A DNA stretch of 64,000 nt from an uncultured Solirubrobacterales bacterium. Lineage in GTDB: Bacteria > Actinomycetota > Thermoleophilia > Solirubrobacterales > 70-9. The stretch spans positions 24,344 through 88,343 of the forward strand of contig CAVSPF010000005.1 in the NCBI GenBank assembly GCA_963729995.1, written 5' to 3'. The translations under genes and the position numbers were made by a program. Positions 54,414 to 63,569 of the stretch are shown in pieces. Under the pieces are notes generated by a model. The model saw nothing but the letters and a program-made list of their open reading frames with translations. It did not search any database and had not been told where the DNA came from. How positions within the stretch are numbered: the first letter of the stretch is position 1; each line of letters opens with the position of its first letter.

Positions 54414-56015
54414 ATGTCGACTCACGACGCGCTAGAGACAGAATCGGCCACGCTTCGGGGGGACGCTCGAAGCGGCACTGAGCCGTCCGGCTCGGTCGAG
54501 TCGGCACGGGCCGCCGCCACTCGGCGCCCGGAACGGTTTCCGGGACTGAGAGCGGCGCCGCGCCGGCCCGCTGCCGCCGACCCGGTCGCCAAGGACGATT
54601 CGACAGCGTCCTCGGCCTCTCGCGATGCCGACTCGACCGCGGCCTCAGCCTCCCGCGACGCCGTCTACCGCAGGCTGCTTGCCGCTGCCGACCTGATCGC
54701 CGCGACGGCCGCGTTCGTCCTGGCCATCCCGGTCCTCGGTCACGACTCGCTTGGACTCGGGGCGGTGGTCGTGATCGCGATGGTCATCCCCGTCTGCAAG
54801 CTGGCGGGCCTCTACGACCGCGACCATCACCTGCTTCGCAAGACGACGCTCGACGAGGCCCCGACGCTGTTCTACGTGGCCACCCTCTACACCCTGCTGG
54901 CGTTCTTGGCCGGCGAGAACATCGTCGACGGGACCTTCGGCCGCTACCAGGCACTGGCCTTCTGGGGGCTCATGTTCGTCTTGATGCTGGCGATGCGCAC
55001 CCTGGCCAGGTGCTTGGCGGGTGCGCTGGTGGACGACGAGCGGTGCGTGATCCTCGGCAATGCAGACGCGGCCCACTGGCTCTCCACCAAGTTGGAGCGC
55101 AGCCTGGGGAAAAAGGTGCGGGTGGTGGGCCGCATCCCGCTCAGCTCCGACGACATGAGCCGCAACGAGCTGCCGCTGCTGGGCCGCTTCGACGCGCTCG
55201 AGCATCTGCTCGCCGAGCACAGCGTGGACCGGGCGCTGATCGCGCCCGGACGCGGCGAGAGCGACCTCCGCCTGCTCGACGCGATCCGGGTCGTCAAGCG
55301 CCTCGGCGTGCGCGTCAGCGTCCTGCCGCGGCTCTTCGAGGTGGTGGGTTCGGCCTACGAGTTCGATGAAGTCGAGGGCGCGACGCTGCTGGGAGTGCGC
55401 CGCCACGGCCTCTCTCGATCCTCGTGGATGATCAAGCGCAGCTTCGACCTCGCCGGCACCCTGCTCGGCTTGCTGCTTATCGCTCCCCTTCTGGCGATGA
55501 TCGCCATCGCGATCAAGCTCGACTCGCGCGGCCCGGTCTTCTTCCGCCAGCGCCGGGTCGGCCGCGACGACCGGGTCTTCGAGATCTACAAGTTCCGCAC
55601 CATGGCCGACGGCGCCGACGCCCAGCGCGCGGCGCTCGCCAACCGCAACGAGGCCGGTGGAGGCCTCTTCAAGATCGAGGACGACCCGCGGATCACTCGC
55701 GTCGGCCGGTTCCTGCGGCACACCTCGCTGGACGAGCTTCCCCAGCTGCTGAACGTCCTCCGCGGCGACATGTCCTTGGTCGGCCCCCGCCCCCTCGTGG
55801 TCAACGAGGACTGTCTGATCGAGGGCCATCAGCGCCAGCGGCTCCTGGTGCCCCCCGGCGTCACCGGCCTCTGGCAGATCTTCGGCTCCGCCCGCATCCC
55901 GCTGAACGAGATGGTCAAGATCGACTACCTCTACGGCGCCAACTGGTCCCTCTGGCTGGACATGAAGATCCTCCTGCGGACGGTGCCGTTCGTCCTGGGG
56001 CAGAGGGGCCTCTAG
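54414..56015 (+). CDS. Polyprenyl-phosphate sugar phosphotransferase (WbaP/EpsB-type priming transferase)
   Basis: N-terminal TM segments. [41 protein letters not shown] and [21 protein letters not shown] motifs. Confidence 0.85.
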   Translation: MSTHDALETESATLRGDARSGTEPSGSVESARAAATRRPERFPGLRAAPRRPAAADPVAKDDSTASSASRDADSTAASASRDAVYRRLLAAADLIAATAAFVLAIPVLGHDSLGLGAVVVIAMVIPVCKLAGLYDRDHHLLRKTTLDEAPTLFYVATLYTLLAFLAGENIVDGTFGRYQALAFWGLMFVLMLAMRTLARCLAGALVDDERCVILGNADAAHWLSTKLERSLGKKVRVVGRIPLSSDDMSRNELPLLGRFDALEHLLAEHSVDRALIAPGRGESDLRLLDAIRVVKRLGVRVSVLPRLFEVVGSAYEFDEVEGATLLGVRRHGLSRSSWMIKRSFDLAGTLLGLLLIAPLLAMIAIAIKLDSRGPVFFRQRRVGRDDRVFEIYKFRTMADGADAQRAALANRNEAGGGLFKIEDDPRITRVGRFLRHTSLDELPQLLNVLRGDMSLVGPRPLVVNEDCLIEGHQRQRLLVPPGVTGLWQIFGSARIPLNEMVKIDYLYGANWSLWLDMKILLRTVPFVLGQRGL

Positions 56016-56147
56016 GTCTATGGCAGAACGAAAGCCAGTCGCGGTCTGTGCCACTGTTGACGCGCGGCAGCCGTTGCCACCCGCTCGGATGTCACACCCC
56101 AGCTCGGCCTTCCAACATGGCGATCTGCGAGCTACGTCATCACGACA

Positions 56148-56981
56148 GTGGTGTGTCATGCGAAGAGCGGCAAGCCGCGCAGCGCCCGATCGGAGCGACT
56201 CCTGACGCGCCTGGACATCGCGCCAGCCCTCGGTGTCGACTGTTTCGCGGGCGATCTCGACATCGCGGCCACCGCAGTCGTAGAGCGCGCACTATCGGGG
56301 GACGGCGGGTACGCCTGCCTGGGCAACGTCCACTCACTCGTGTCCGGTGTGCACGATCCCGCGCTGCGTCGCGCACTCGACGATGCGTGGGCCGTGTTCC
56401 CGGATGGCGCTCCTATTGCCTGGCTGCAGCGTCGCGAAGGCGCCGGTAGTGCGGCCCGCGTAGCCGGGCCAGACCTCATGGCGCGGGTGTTCGATGTCGG
56501 TCAAGCGGACGGGCTCCGCCACTACCTCTACGGCTCGACGGCTCCCGTGCTCGAGGGTATGACTCGCCGACTGGGCGACTCGTTCCCGGATGCGACCATC
56601 TGCGGCATGGCCTTCGATGTCGATGCGCGCGGCATGGCCTTCGATGTCGATGCGCCCGAGGCTACACTCAGCGCAGAGGCCATCAAGTCGGCCAAACCGC
56701 AAGTCGTCTGGTGTGGCCTCGGAGTGCCCAAGCAGGAGCTGTGGATGCGGCGCCACGCGCCGAGCCTCGCCCCAGCGCTCGTGGTCGGGGTGGGCGCAGC
56801 CTTCGACTTTATTGCAGGCAACAAGCACCGCGCGCCGAAGGCGATGCAGAGGCTCGGCCTCGAGTGGCTCTACCGTCTCGCGGCGGAGCCCCGCCGGCTG
56901 AGTGGCCGCTACCTGCGGACGAACAGCGAGTTTCTCGCCCTTCTCGGCTGGGAGCTTCTGCAGCACCGGGGTGGCACGTGA
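56148..56981 (+). CDS. WecB/TagA/CpsF-family glycosyltransferase
   Basis: FPDGAPIAW, LYGS, GLGVPKQELW, GVGAAFDFIAGNKHRAP and GLEWLYRLAAEPRR motifs. Contains an in-frame 27-bp tandem duplication. Confidence 0.8.
   Translation: MVCHAKSGKPRSARSERLLTRLDIAPALGVDCFAGDLDIAATAVVERALSGDGGYACLGNVHSLVSGVHDPALRRALDDAWAVFPDGAPIAWLQRREGAGSAARVAGPDLMARVFDVGQADGLRHYLYGSTAPVLEGMTRRLGDSFPDATICGMAFDVDARGMAFDVDAPEATLSAEAIKSAKPQVVWCGLGVPKQELWMRRHAPSLAPALVVGVGAAFDFIAGNKHRAPKAMQRLGLEWLYRLAAEPRRLSGRYLRTNSEFLALLGWELLQHRGGT
56604..56657 (+). repeat. 27-bp tandem duplication (2 copies, 1 mismatch) inside the TagA-family gene
   Basis: GGCATGGCCTTCGATGTCGATGCGCGC / GGCATGGCCTTCGATGTCGATGCGCCC, encoding GMAFDVDAR-GMAFDVDAP. 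Confidence 0.9.
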
Positions 56982-57014
56982 TTCGAGAAGCGGTGACCCC
57001 CGACCGAGCCTCAA
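56650..57014 (+). repeat. 365-bp direct repeat, copy 1 (3' third of the TagA-family gene plus the first 37 nt of the GT4 gene)
   Basis: Matches 58387..58751 at a constant offset of 1737. The translations of both copies are identical. Confidence 0.85.
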
Positions 57015-57064
57015 AGGGGAGGGGATTGGGCCGTGCCCTGGCCCCGACCTCTCGAACCGTCTAA
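56978..57064 (+). pseudogene. Truncated 5' fragment of the GT4 glycosyltransferase gene
   Basis: VIREAVTPDRAS is identical to the start of 58715..59962. It then diverges and stops after 28 codons. Confidence 0.6.
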
Positions 57065-57066
57065 AA

Positions 57067-57948
57067 ATGACCCTCGCGAGAAGACTCGACCTAGCGGGCC
57101 TCCAGAAACCTCGACAGTACCTAGATCGACGACTGTGGGACCTCGAGCGGTTCGGCCTGACGCCGAAAAAGATCGCACTCCGCTTTCACGGGTCACCGGC
57201 TCCGCCGGTGGTATTCACGTCAATCCCAAAGGCCGGCACCCATCTAACGGAGCGCCTTCTGTGCCTCCATCCCCACTACTACCGGACGATCGTCTCCACG
57301 ATCTCATCTCCCAAACTCCTAACTCAACACGCCGCGTCCTTGTCCAACGGCCAGCTTATCTGCGCGCATGTACAGTACTCCGACGCTGTTGACCGTATGC
57401 TTCGCGAACATGGGATCAAATTGATATTCAGCATCCGAGACCCGCGCGATATCTTGGTCTCCCGAGCTCACTATATCTACAACTCTCGCGACCATTACCT
57501 TCATGACCTGGCCCTCCGTTATCCCAACCTATGTGATCGAATAGCAGTCCTGATCGAAGGAGAGCCCAACTCACGACTGGTGCCATATCGCGAGGTTTTA
57601 CGCGGCTTCGCCGGCTGGCTCTCGCGCGACGTCATCGTCGTCCGATTCGAGGACCTCATTGATCGGCACCGTCGACCACAAGTCGTCGCGGAAGTCTTTG
57701 AGGACCTCGGAGCCCCTGTCGATAGGTCTGAAAGTGAGAGGATCGCCGCGTCGACCGCGTCCGCCGCGAGCCCGACCTTCAGACGCGGCAAGGCCGGAGA
57801 GTGGAGGCAAGTCTTCGACGAGCGAGTGCACAGGCTCTTCCACGAAGCCGTTGGCGACATGCTCCCTGCGCTCGGTTACCAAGATGCGGACACTATGTGT
57901 ATCGAGACACCGTCCCAGCCTACGGATAACCGTAGAGGAAATCCGTAG
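57067..57948 (+). CDS. Sulfotransferase-family protein
   Basis: 5'-PSB-like loop SIPKAGTHLTE and 3'-PB-like FSIRDPRDILVSRAHY. Clearly lower GC than its surroundings. Confidence 0.7.
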   Translation: MTLARRLDLAGLQKPRQYLDRRLWDLERFGLTPKKIALRFHGSPAPPVVFTSIPKAGTHLTERLLCLHPHYYRTIVSTISSPKLLTQHAASLSNGQLICAHVQYSDAVDRMLREHGIKLIFSIRDPRDILVSRAHYIYNSRDHYLHDLALRYPNLCDRIAVLIEGEPNSRLVPYREVLRGFAGWLSRDVIVVRFEDLIDRHRRPQVVAEVFEDLGAPVDRSESERIAASTASAASPTFRRGKAGEWRQVFDERVHRLFHEAVGDMLPALGYQDADTMCIETPSQPTDNRRGNP

Positions 57949-58085
57949 CGGTACGGACCAGACCCTGAATCGGTCCACCTCGCATGCGACTCCTCAATAT
58001 GTTCTGTTGGTTTGGTTGCCCGCGGCAAGAGACCTTTTGTCATACTATGTCGACGCATGTCGAGATATCATTACTGGCCGTTGGG

Positions 58086-58237
58086 GCCGGCGTTTGATTT
58101 TCCATGCCGGTGTGATCCAGCGGGCACCGAAGTGGATCCAGAGAATAGGCTTGGAGGGGATGTACCGACTTATGTCAGAACCGCTCCGCTCTTGGCATCG
58201 CTATTTTTGCTTAATTCGCTCTACTGACACTTCTTAG
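58086..58237 (+). pseudogene. Diverged C-terminal remnant of another WecB/TagA-family gene
   Basis: GRRLIFHAGVIQRAPKWIQRIGLEGMYRLMSEPLRSWHRYF parallels FDFIAGNKHRAPKAMQRLGLEWLYRLAAEPRRLSGRYL. Low GC and no N-terminal part. Confidence 0.6.
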
Positions 58238-58386
58238 TGCCCAATTTATACGTTTGTGGTGTCCAGATCCGCAGACTACTACTACCATTGATCCAACAGA
58301 TGGAACTCCGGGGTAGTAGTCGAGTCCCCTGAAGATCATGCAGAACTTCCAGAGGCACCTCAGGCAACTACCCGTTACGGCCTCCA

Positions 58387-58751
58387 ATGCGCCCGAGGCT
58401 ACACTCAGCGCAGAGGCCATCAAGTCGGCCAAACCGCAAGTCGTCTGGTGTGGCCTCGGAGTGCCCAAGCAGGAGCTGTGGATGCGGCGCCACGCGCCGA
58501 GCCTCGCCCCAGCGCTCGTGGTCGGGGTGGGCGCAGCCTTCGACTTTATTGCAGGCAACAAGCACCGCGCGCCGAAGGCGATGCAGAGGCTCGGCCTCGA
58601 GTGGCTCTACCGTCTCGCGGCGGAGCCCCGCCGGCTGAGTGGCCGCTACCTGCGGACGAACAGCGAGTTTCTCGCCCTTCTCGGCTGGGAGCTTCTGCAG
58701 CACCGGGGTGGCACGTGATTCGAGAAGCGGTGACCCCCGACCGAGCCTCAA
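58387..58751 (+). repeat. 365-bp direct repeat, copy 2 (an orphan TagA 3' third, 58387..58718, fused upstream to unrelated low-GC DNA)
   Basis: See 56650..57014. The 126-aa track ORF 58338..58718 is only the duplicated C-terminus with a fortuitous start. Confidence 0.85.
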
Positions 58752-59962
58752 GGAAGGAGAGGATCGCGGACCTGCGTGTCGCATTCGTGCACAACCTATA
58801 CCGCTCCGCGCAGCCCAGTGGCGAGAACATGGCCGTCAAGCTCGAGGTCGAGCTTGTCCGCGATGCCAGCTGTGAAGTGTTCCTCTACGAGCGCTCCAGT
58901 GACGAGATCGCCGCATTCTCGCCGGCGAAGAAAGCAGCACTTCCGGCCCGCGTCGTCTGGTCGCGAGAAGACCAAACCCGCCTCGGTGCTTTCCTCGACC
59001 AGACGCGCCCAGATGTCGTCCACGTCCACAATACCTTTCCGCTCATCAGCCCCGCGGCCATCCGCGTCGCTGCCGCGCGCGGGCTTCCGGTCGTCGCGAC
59101 GCTCCACAACTTTCGCACTCTGTGCGTCAACTCTCATTTGTTCCGAGACGGGCAACCATGCGAAATCTGCGTCGGACGCAGCCCGTGGCCTGGCGTCGTA
59201 CACCGCTGTTACCGCGGGTCGTTCGCGGCGAGCGTGCCGATCGCCACTTCGATCGCCCTTCATCGGCTGCGCGGCACATGGTCGCGGGACGTCGCGAGGT
59301 TCATCGCCCTCTCGCGCTTCGCTCGGGAGCGCTTCGTGGCGGGCGGGCTGTCGGAGGAGCGCATCGACGTGCTCCCCAACTTCGTCGCCCGGCCGCGCGT
59401 GCCTCGCAGCGGGCTGGGTGAGTACTTCCTATATCTCGGGAGGATCGATTTCGAGAAGGGGCTCGATCTCCTGGCGTCCGCATGGTCGAGCGAGATGGGT
59501 CGCCTGCTCGTCGTGGGAGACGGTCCGAGCCGGGCGAGTATTGAATCCACCATTCGACGTCACGGTGACTCCGTGACATTTCTGGGGAGCCAGCCTCACG
59601 ACCGGAGCATGGAGATCCTCGCCAAGGCCCGCGCGCTGATCATGCCGTCACGGGTCTACGAGGGCTGTCCCGTGGCACTCGCCGAGGCCTACGCGCGCAG
59701 CGTGCCGGTCATCGGCCCGCGACACGGCGCGTTCGTGGAGTACATCGAGGACGACGAGACAGGGCGGCTGTTCAATCCAGGGGACCCCGTGCATCTGGGC
59801 GAGTGCATCCGCGCGCTTCAGAGTTCGCAGACGGCTGCGCGGATGGGCGAGAAGGCTCACGGGCTGTTTGAGCAAACGTTTACCCCAGAACGGCACCGCG
59901 CACGGCTACTCGAGATCTACCGTCGCGTCTCGGCGGACGGGCAACGCGCCCCAGCGCGGTGA
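58715..59962 (+). CDS. GT4-family (GT-B fold) glycosyltransferase
   Basis: The GTG start overlaps the TagA-copy stop (GTGA). FLYLGRIDFEKG, VGDGP, and SRVYEGCPVALAEAYARSVPVIG...ETGRLF (EX7E region). Confidence 0.8.
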   Translation: MIREAVTPDRASRKERIADLRVAFVHNLYRSAQPSGENMAVKLEVELVRDASCEVFLYERSSDEIAAFSPAKKAALPARVVWSREDQTRLGAFLDQTRPDVVHVHNTFPLISPAAIRVAAARGLPVVATLHNFRTLCVNSHLFRDGQPCEICVGRSPWPGVVHRCYRGSFAASVPIATSIALHRLRGTWSRDVARFIALSRFARERFVAGGLSEERIDVLPNFVARPRVPRSGLGEYFLYLGRIDFEKGLDLLASAWSSEMGRLLVVGDGPSRASIESTIRRHGDSVTFLGSQPHDRSMEILAKARALIMPSRVYEGCPVALAEAYARSVPVIGPRHGAFVEYIEDDETGRLFNPGDPVHLGECIRALQSSQTAARMGEKAHGLFEQTFTPERHRARLLEIYRRVSADGQRAPAR

Positions 59963-59984
59963 CGGATGTGGTCGGGCGTGCAGC

Positions 59985-60020
59985 GTCGTGAGCGAACTTG
60001 GCGCGGTTCTTCGCCTGCGG
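59985..60020 (+). repeat. 36-nt direct repeat, copy 1 (1 mismatch versus 62493..62528)
   Basis: GTCGTGAGCGAACTTGGCGCGG(T/C)TCTTCGCCTGCGG. Confidence 0.85.
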
Positions 60021-61853
60021 TCAGCAGACGGACGAGAACCCTGAGTCGAGGTCGTTGTCGGCCTCAAGCCACTGTTCTGTGGTGATGTACGCCCAGCCGC
60101 CGGTCGAGCTGCTCCAAACGAACGGGCGCGCCTGACAACCGAGGTAGTAAGTATTGTGCCAGAAGCGATTGCCCTTGCTCGTGTAGTAGCTTGGGTCACC
60201 GATGGTCTCGATAAGTCCGGTAACGCCGCGACCGCGCCTCGCCGTGATCATGTTGTCGTGCACCAAGAAGTTAGTGAGGTTGGGAGACGCGGTGGGCCGC
60301 GGGCGCTGCGTGCCGCCGATCCCGTTGAAGTTGTCCACGAGCACGTTGCCGTACACCGAGACGTCCGCCGAGTTTTCGTTCAGAATCCCCGCTCCGAGCA
60401 GCCAGACCGGTTCCGAGACAAAGAAACCGTTCCCGCGGATCCAGTTGTTTCGGACCACTGCATCGGAGCTGGCCTCCACTATCACACCCTCGGCGTCGTT
60501 GTCGTTGACCCGGTTCTTCTCGATGAGGACGTCGGTTGTCCCCGTGTCAGTCCAGATCCCCGAGCCGTAGTTATCGTGGATGTAGTTTTCGCGGATCGTG
60601 AGGTGCGTGGTGAGACACCACTTCATCCCGCCCGCTTCCCAGCCGGGCGCATAGCCCGCGTAGTTGTTGAACGCGACCTCGTTGCCTTCTACCAGATCGT
60701 TGACGCGGGTTTCCCCTCCGCTCGCGATGCCGATCTGGCCGTTGTCGTGCACGTAGTTGTTTCGCACGACGCCGTCGCGATCGACCAAGATACCAGTCCC
60801 GTGATTAAGGCGAACGTCGTTGCCCTGGACCGTCCAACTCCAGTCGTTGCCCTGGATGCCGTTCCCGGCGAACTTTTCGATCGTCAGTCCGCTGACTAGG
60901 CCTCCACCGTGACCTTCGCGGCCGCGGCCGATGAGGGCCGTTGGGGTGACCGCCGCTTCGACCGTGTGCGTTCTTGGATTGTCCGCGATGAATATGGTGT
61001 CTTTCGGGTAGTCGAAGTAGAACTCGCCGTGACCGAGCTCGGCGAGGCTCATCACGCGTCGCAGTGGGCGGTCGTCGAAGTACACGTCGTCGGGTCGGCG
61101 GCAGCCGGGGTATTCCGGCTTGCACCTTCCGGGGCCGACCGCCCCTTCCTGCGTCTGTCCGGTCGCCGCCCAGAACGGGCCCGACTGCGTAAATTGGTCG
61201 ATAATCCGCGCCCCACTCAACGTTGCTCCCGGTTCGCCAATGAGGCTGTCTTCGGGCTTGAGGTAAATGGGTGCCGGGAGCCGATAGATCCCCGAAGCGA
61301 GGCAAAAGGTCGTACCCGGCGGGCGTGCAGCGACCTGGTTCGGGAGTTCCGCATCGGGATGGAGTTCCACGGACATCGGGGTGGTCGTGCAGCTGCTCCG
61401 CGCCGGATCAGGAGCAGGGTCGGAAGTAGGGTTCGACACAGGGTCGGAGGCAGGGTTATGAGCAGGGTCTGGAGCAGGGCTCGGGTCGGTAACGATCACC
61501 AGAGTCGCGCGTTTGGCGGTGCGCGAGCGGCCCCATCTGAGGTGTCGTGTACCTCGCGCGTGACTACGCGGGCGGGGCGGAAGAAGAGGAACGCGGACAT
61601 GTAACAAGCCGCGTACCGCCTTCCTGCGGACGAGACTGAGCCTGAGAGGGCGTCGGTAGTTGTGTGCGCGCAGATAGGCCGCGCGTATCTCAGTGGGCTG
61701 TAGTCCACGCAACCTAAAGAAGAGAGTCCCCCGCTCGTGCTTAGTGGGCCTGAACGAGTATTTTGCTGCGTGGGCGGCACCCATTGGCGAGAGCAGGCAT
61801 CCAAGCGCAACCGCTACAGCAAGAAGCGTGGGACGTGGCCCGATTCGTATCAT
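60021..61853 (-). CDS. Secreted right-handed parallel beta-helix repeat protein (pectate-lyase/NosD-like fold)
   Basis: Signal peptide (AVAVALGCLLSPMGAAHA), a Pro/Asp/Ser linker, and repeated ..N.I..N...GI.. turns (NNYVHDNGQIGIA, ENYIHDNYGSGIW, VRNNWIRGNGF). Confidence 0.75.
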   Translation of the reverse strand: MIRIGPRPTLLAVAVALGCLLSPMGAAHAAKYSFRPTKHERGTLFFRLRGLQPTEIRAAYLRAHNYRRPLRLSLVRRKAVRGLLHVRVPLLPPRPRSHARGTRHLRWGRSRTAKRATLVIVTDPSPAPDPAHNPASDPVSNPTSDPAPDPARSSCTTTPMSVELHPDAELPNQVAARPPGTTFCLASGIYRLPAPIYLKPEDSLIGEPGATLSGARIIDQFTQSGPFWAATGQTQEGAVGPGRCKPEYPGCRRPDDVYFDDRPLRRVMSLAELGHGEFYFDYPKDTIFIADNPRTHTVEAAVTPTALIGRGREGHGGGLVSGLTIEKFAGNGIQGNDWSWTVQGNDVRLNHGTGILVDRDGVVRNNYVHDNGQIGIASGGETRVNDLVEGNEVAFNNYAGYAPGWEAGGMKWCLTTHLTIRENYIHDNYGSGIWTDTGTTDVLIEKNRVNDNDAEGVIVEASSDAVVRNNWIRGNGFFVSEPVWLLGAGILNENSADVSVYGNVLVDNFNGIGGTQRPRPTASPNLTNFLVHDNMITARRGRGVTGLIETIGDPSYYTSKGNRFWHNTYYLGCQARPFVWSSSTGGWAYITTEQWLEADNDLDSGFSSVC

Positions 61854-62130
61854 CCGATCTATTGTCGACAGGAGCGACCAGACCCTTGACTGCCTAATAG
61901 TGCTTTGTTAGCTCAACGGTAGGGTTCGCCCTACCCGCGGCGAACTCCCTCGCGACGATCGTTCTACGCGAGGAGGGCATGAGTCGGCGGTGCCCTGGCG
62001 GATTCGGACCCGCGTGAGAAGCTCGAGGCGCCCTCGACGGTGCGCGAGCGCCTGGAGGAGTTCGGGCGCGAGATGACTGAGCCTGAATCCACCGACTCCA
62101 TGCGCCGCCTCACCCGCCACGGGCCGCCGC

Positions 62131-62220
62131 TGGACGCAGCACCTCTCCGCCCGCTGGCCCTGGCAAGAAAACTTCATCGAGGCGCTTGAGCGGATCCGTG
62201 CCTTGCCCGCAGCTGCCTGA
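62131..62220 (+). pseudogene. Possible C-terminal remnant of a DDE transposase (IS1380-like), tentative
   Basis: The frame reads ..HLSARWPWQENFIEALERIRALPAAA*, resembling my recollection of the ..LP..WPW...F...L.R.RALP transposase C-terminus. Upstream frames are broken. Confidence 0.3.
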
Positions 62221-62492
62221 TTAGCCTTCCGGTCTCGCCACCGCCCGCTGATTCACTCGGCCTGACCGGGCTGCCCGAAGTCGGTTGCCCGACTGCCGCG
62301 AGCACCCGCCCGCGCTCCCGCGCTGAGCCGACCGGTCCACGGCCGGCGGTTTTCGCCACTCACACGGTGAGGAGCGGCGGTTCCCTTATCGCTGACGGTG
62401 AATCGGTGGATTCAGGCCGAGATGGAGGACCCATTTTTGACAATTTCTCGTTCAGGTGTCGACGTCGGGGCCACTGCAAATGGCGACACTCA

Positions 62493-62528
62493 GTCGTGAG
62501 CGAACTTGGCGCGGCTCTTCGCCTGCGG
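62493..62528 (+). repeat. 36-nt direct repeat, copy 2
   Basis: See 59985..60020. Confidence 0.85.
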
Positions 62529-62741
62529 CTTGATAGACGGGCGAGAACTCAGGGGCAATGTCGCGCTGGCCCACCGTGACGGCGACGCGGAAGACGCTCA
62601 CACTTGATCGAACCCTGCGTGGCGTCCTGGCTGGCCGGCGCTGGGGCCGCAGAGTCCGACCACGCTTTATTCAATTGAAATCAAGGGTTGCGCGCCTACC
62701 GGTGGCTGAGGGTTAAAATGTGGTCTAAATGAGCTAAGTTC

Positions 62742-63563
62742 TTAGCGATCCGGCAGGCCGTCGATCCAGCGTCGGTCAGATTCATACCCGCAGCGAATGA
62801 GGGCTTCTCCTCCGAATTTGTCGAATGCCTCTCCAGCGTCACGTGTGAACCACGTACGCCAGTCTCCGGCTACTCCCTTTCGCAGAAAGGACCTCTGGTC
62901 TTCTGCGCCGGGGGCACGCCCTGAAACAGCACGAAAGGAGTTGCGTTCGACAATTTGAGGCAAGACAGGGTCGGCGACGCTTAGTTTGAGGTGCTCTCGG
63001 ATTTGCCGGAGTTCCTCGACCGGCTGTTCGAGGAGATCCTCATAACGTACGACGTGCACTCCGGGTCTCGACATCCAGTCTTCGAGGTGCTCCGGCCACG
63101 GACGGAAAGCCGAGTCGCGATGTCGCGGCAGAATACCACCCAAGGGCCGCTCCGCAAGGCTTTCGATGAAGGTTGGCAAGTTGCCGCGAACATCAGCAAC
63201 GTCGTAGCCCTTACCGAGCACAAATGCCAGGTATCTGTCGATCCTCGACGCGCGCCACCTCGCCGGGCTTTGGAGCTCTCGCACGTGATGGAAATACAAA
63301 GAAACGACTACATCCCTGCCGTCGCGTAAGACGTAGAGCGCTGGTCGGTATCTCGGATGGTAGGACCAGTGCTGGTGCAGCACTGACGGATCCTTTACGT
63401 ACCCGCTCAAGCTCATGAGATCGTGTGTCAAGTTCATTACCCATGTCCCGCCCGACTTCGGGAACTCGCTTATGTAAGCGTCGCCGTGACGGAAACCCCG
63501 CTCATAGGATTTTTCTTTGAGATTCTTACGAAGTGCCTCTAGGATGACTGCTGGGTTCTGCAC
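62742..63563 (-). CDS. Sulfotransferase-family protein
   Basis: 5'-PSB loop EFPKSGGTWVMNL, 3'-PB YVLRDGRDVVVSLYFH, and a C-terminal FLRKGVAGDWR. Lower GC. Confidence 0.75.
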   Translation of the reverse strand: MQNPAVILEALRKNLKEKSYERGFRHGDAYISEFPKSGGTWVMNLTHDLMSLSGYVKDPSVLHQHWSYHPRYRPALYVLRDGRDVVVSLYFHHVRELQSPARWRASRIDRYLAFVLGKGYDVADVRGNLPTFIESLAERPLGGILPRHRDSAFRPWPEHLEDWMSRPGVHVVRYEDLLEQPVEELRQIREHLKLSVADPVLPQIVERNSFRAVSGRAPGAEDQRSFLRKGVAGDWRTWFTRDAGEAFDKFGGEALIRCGYESDRRWIDGLPDR

Positions 63564-63569
63564 TGGCTC

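Noticed and set aside
61908-62359. 89-aa and 61-aa minus-strand ORFs upstream of the beta-helix gene
   Set aside because: They are Arg/Gly-rich, lack an RBS, and overlap the frame-broken + strand fragment. They are more likely non-coding debris.
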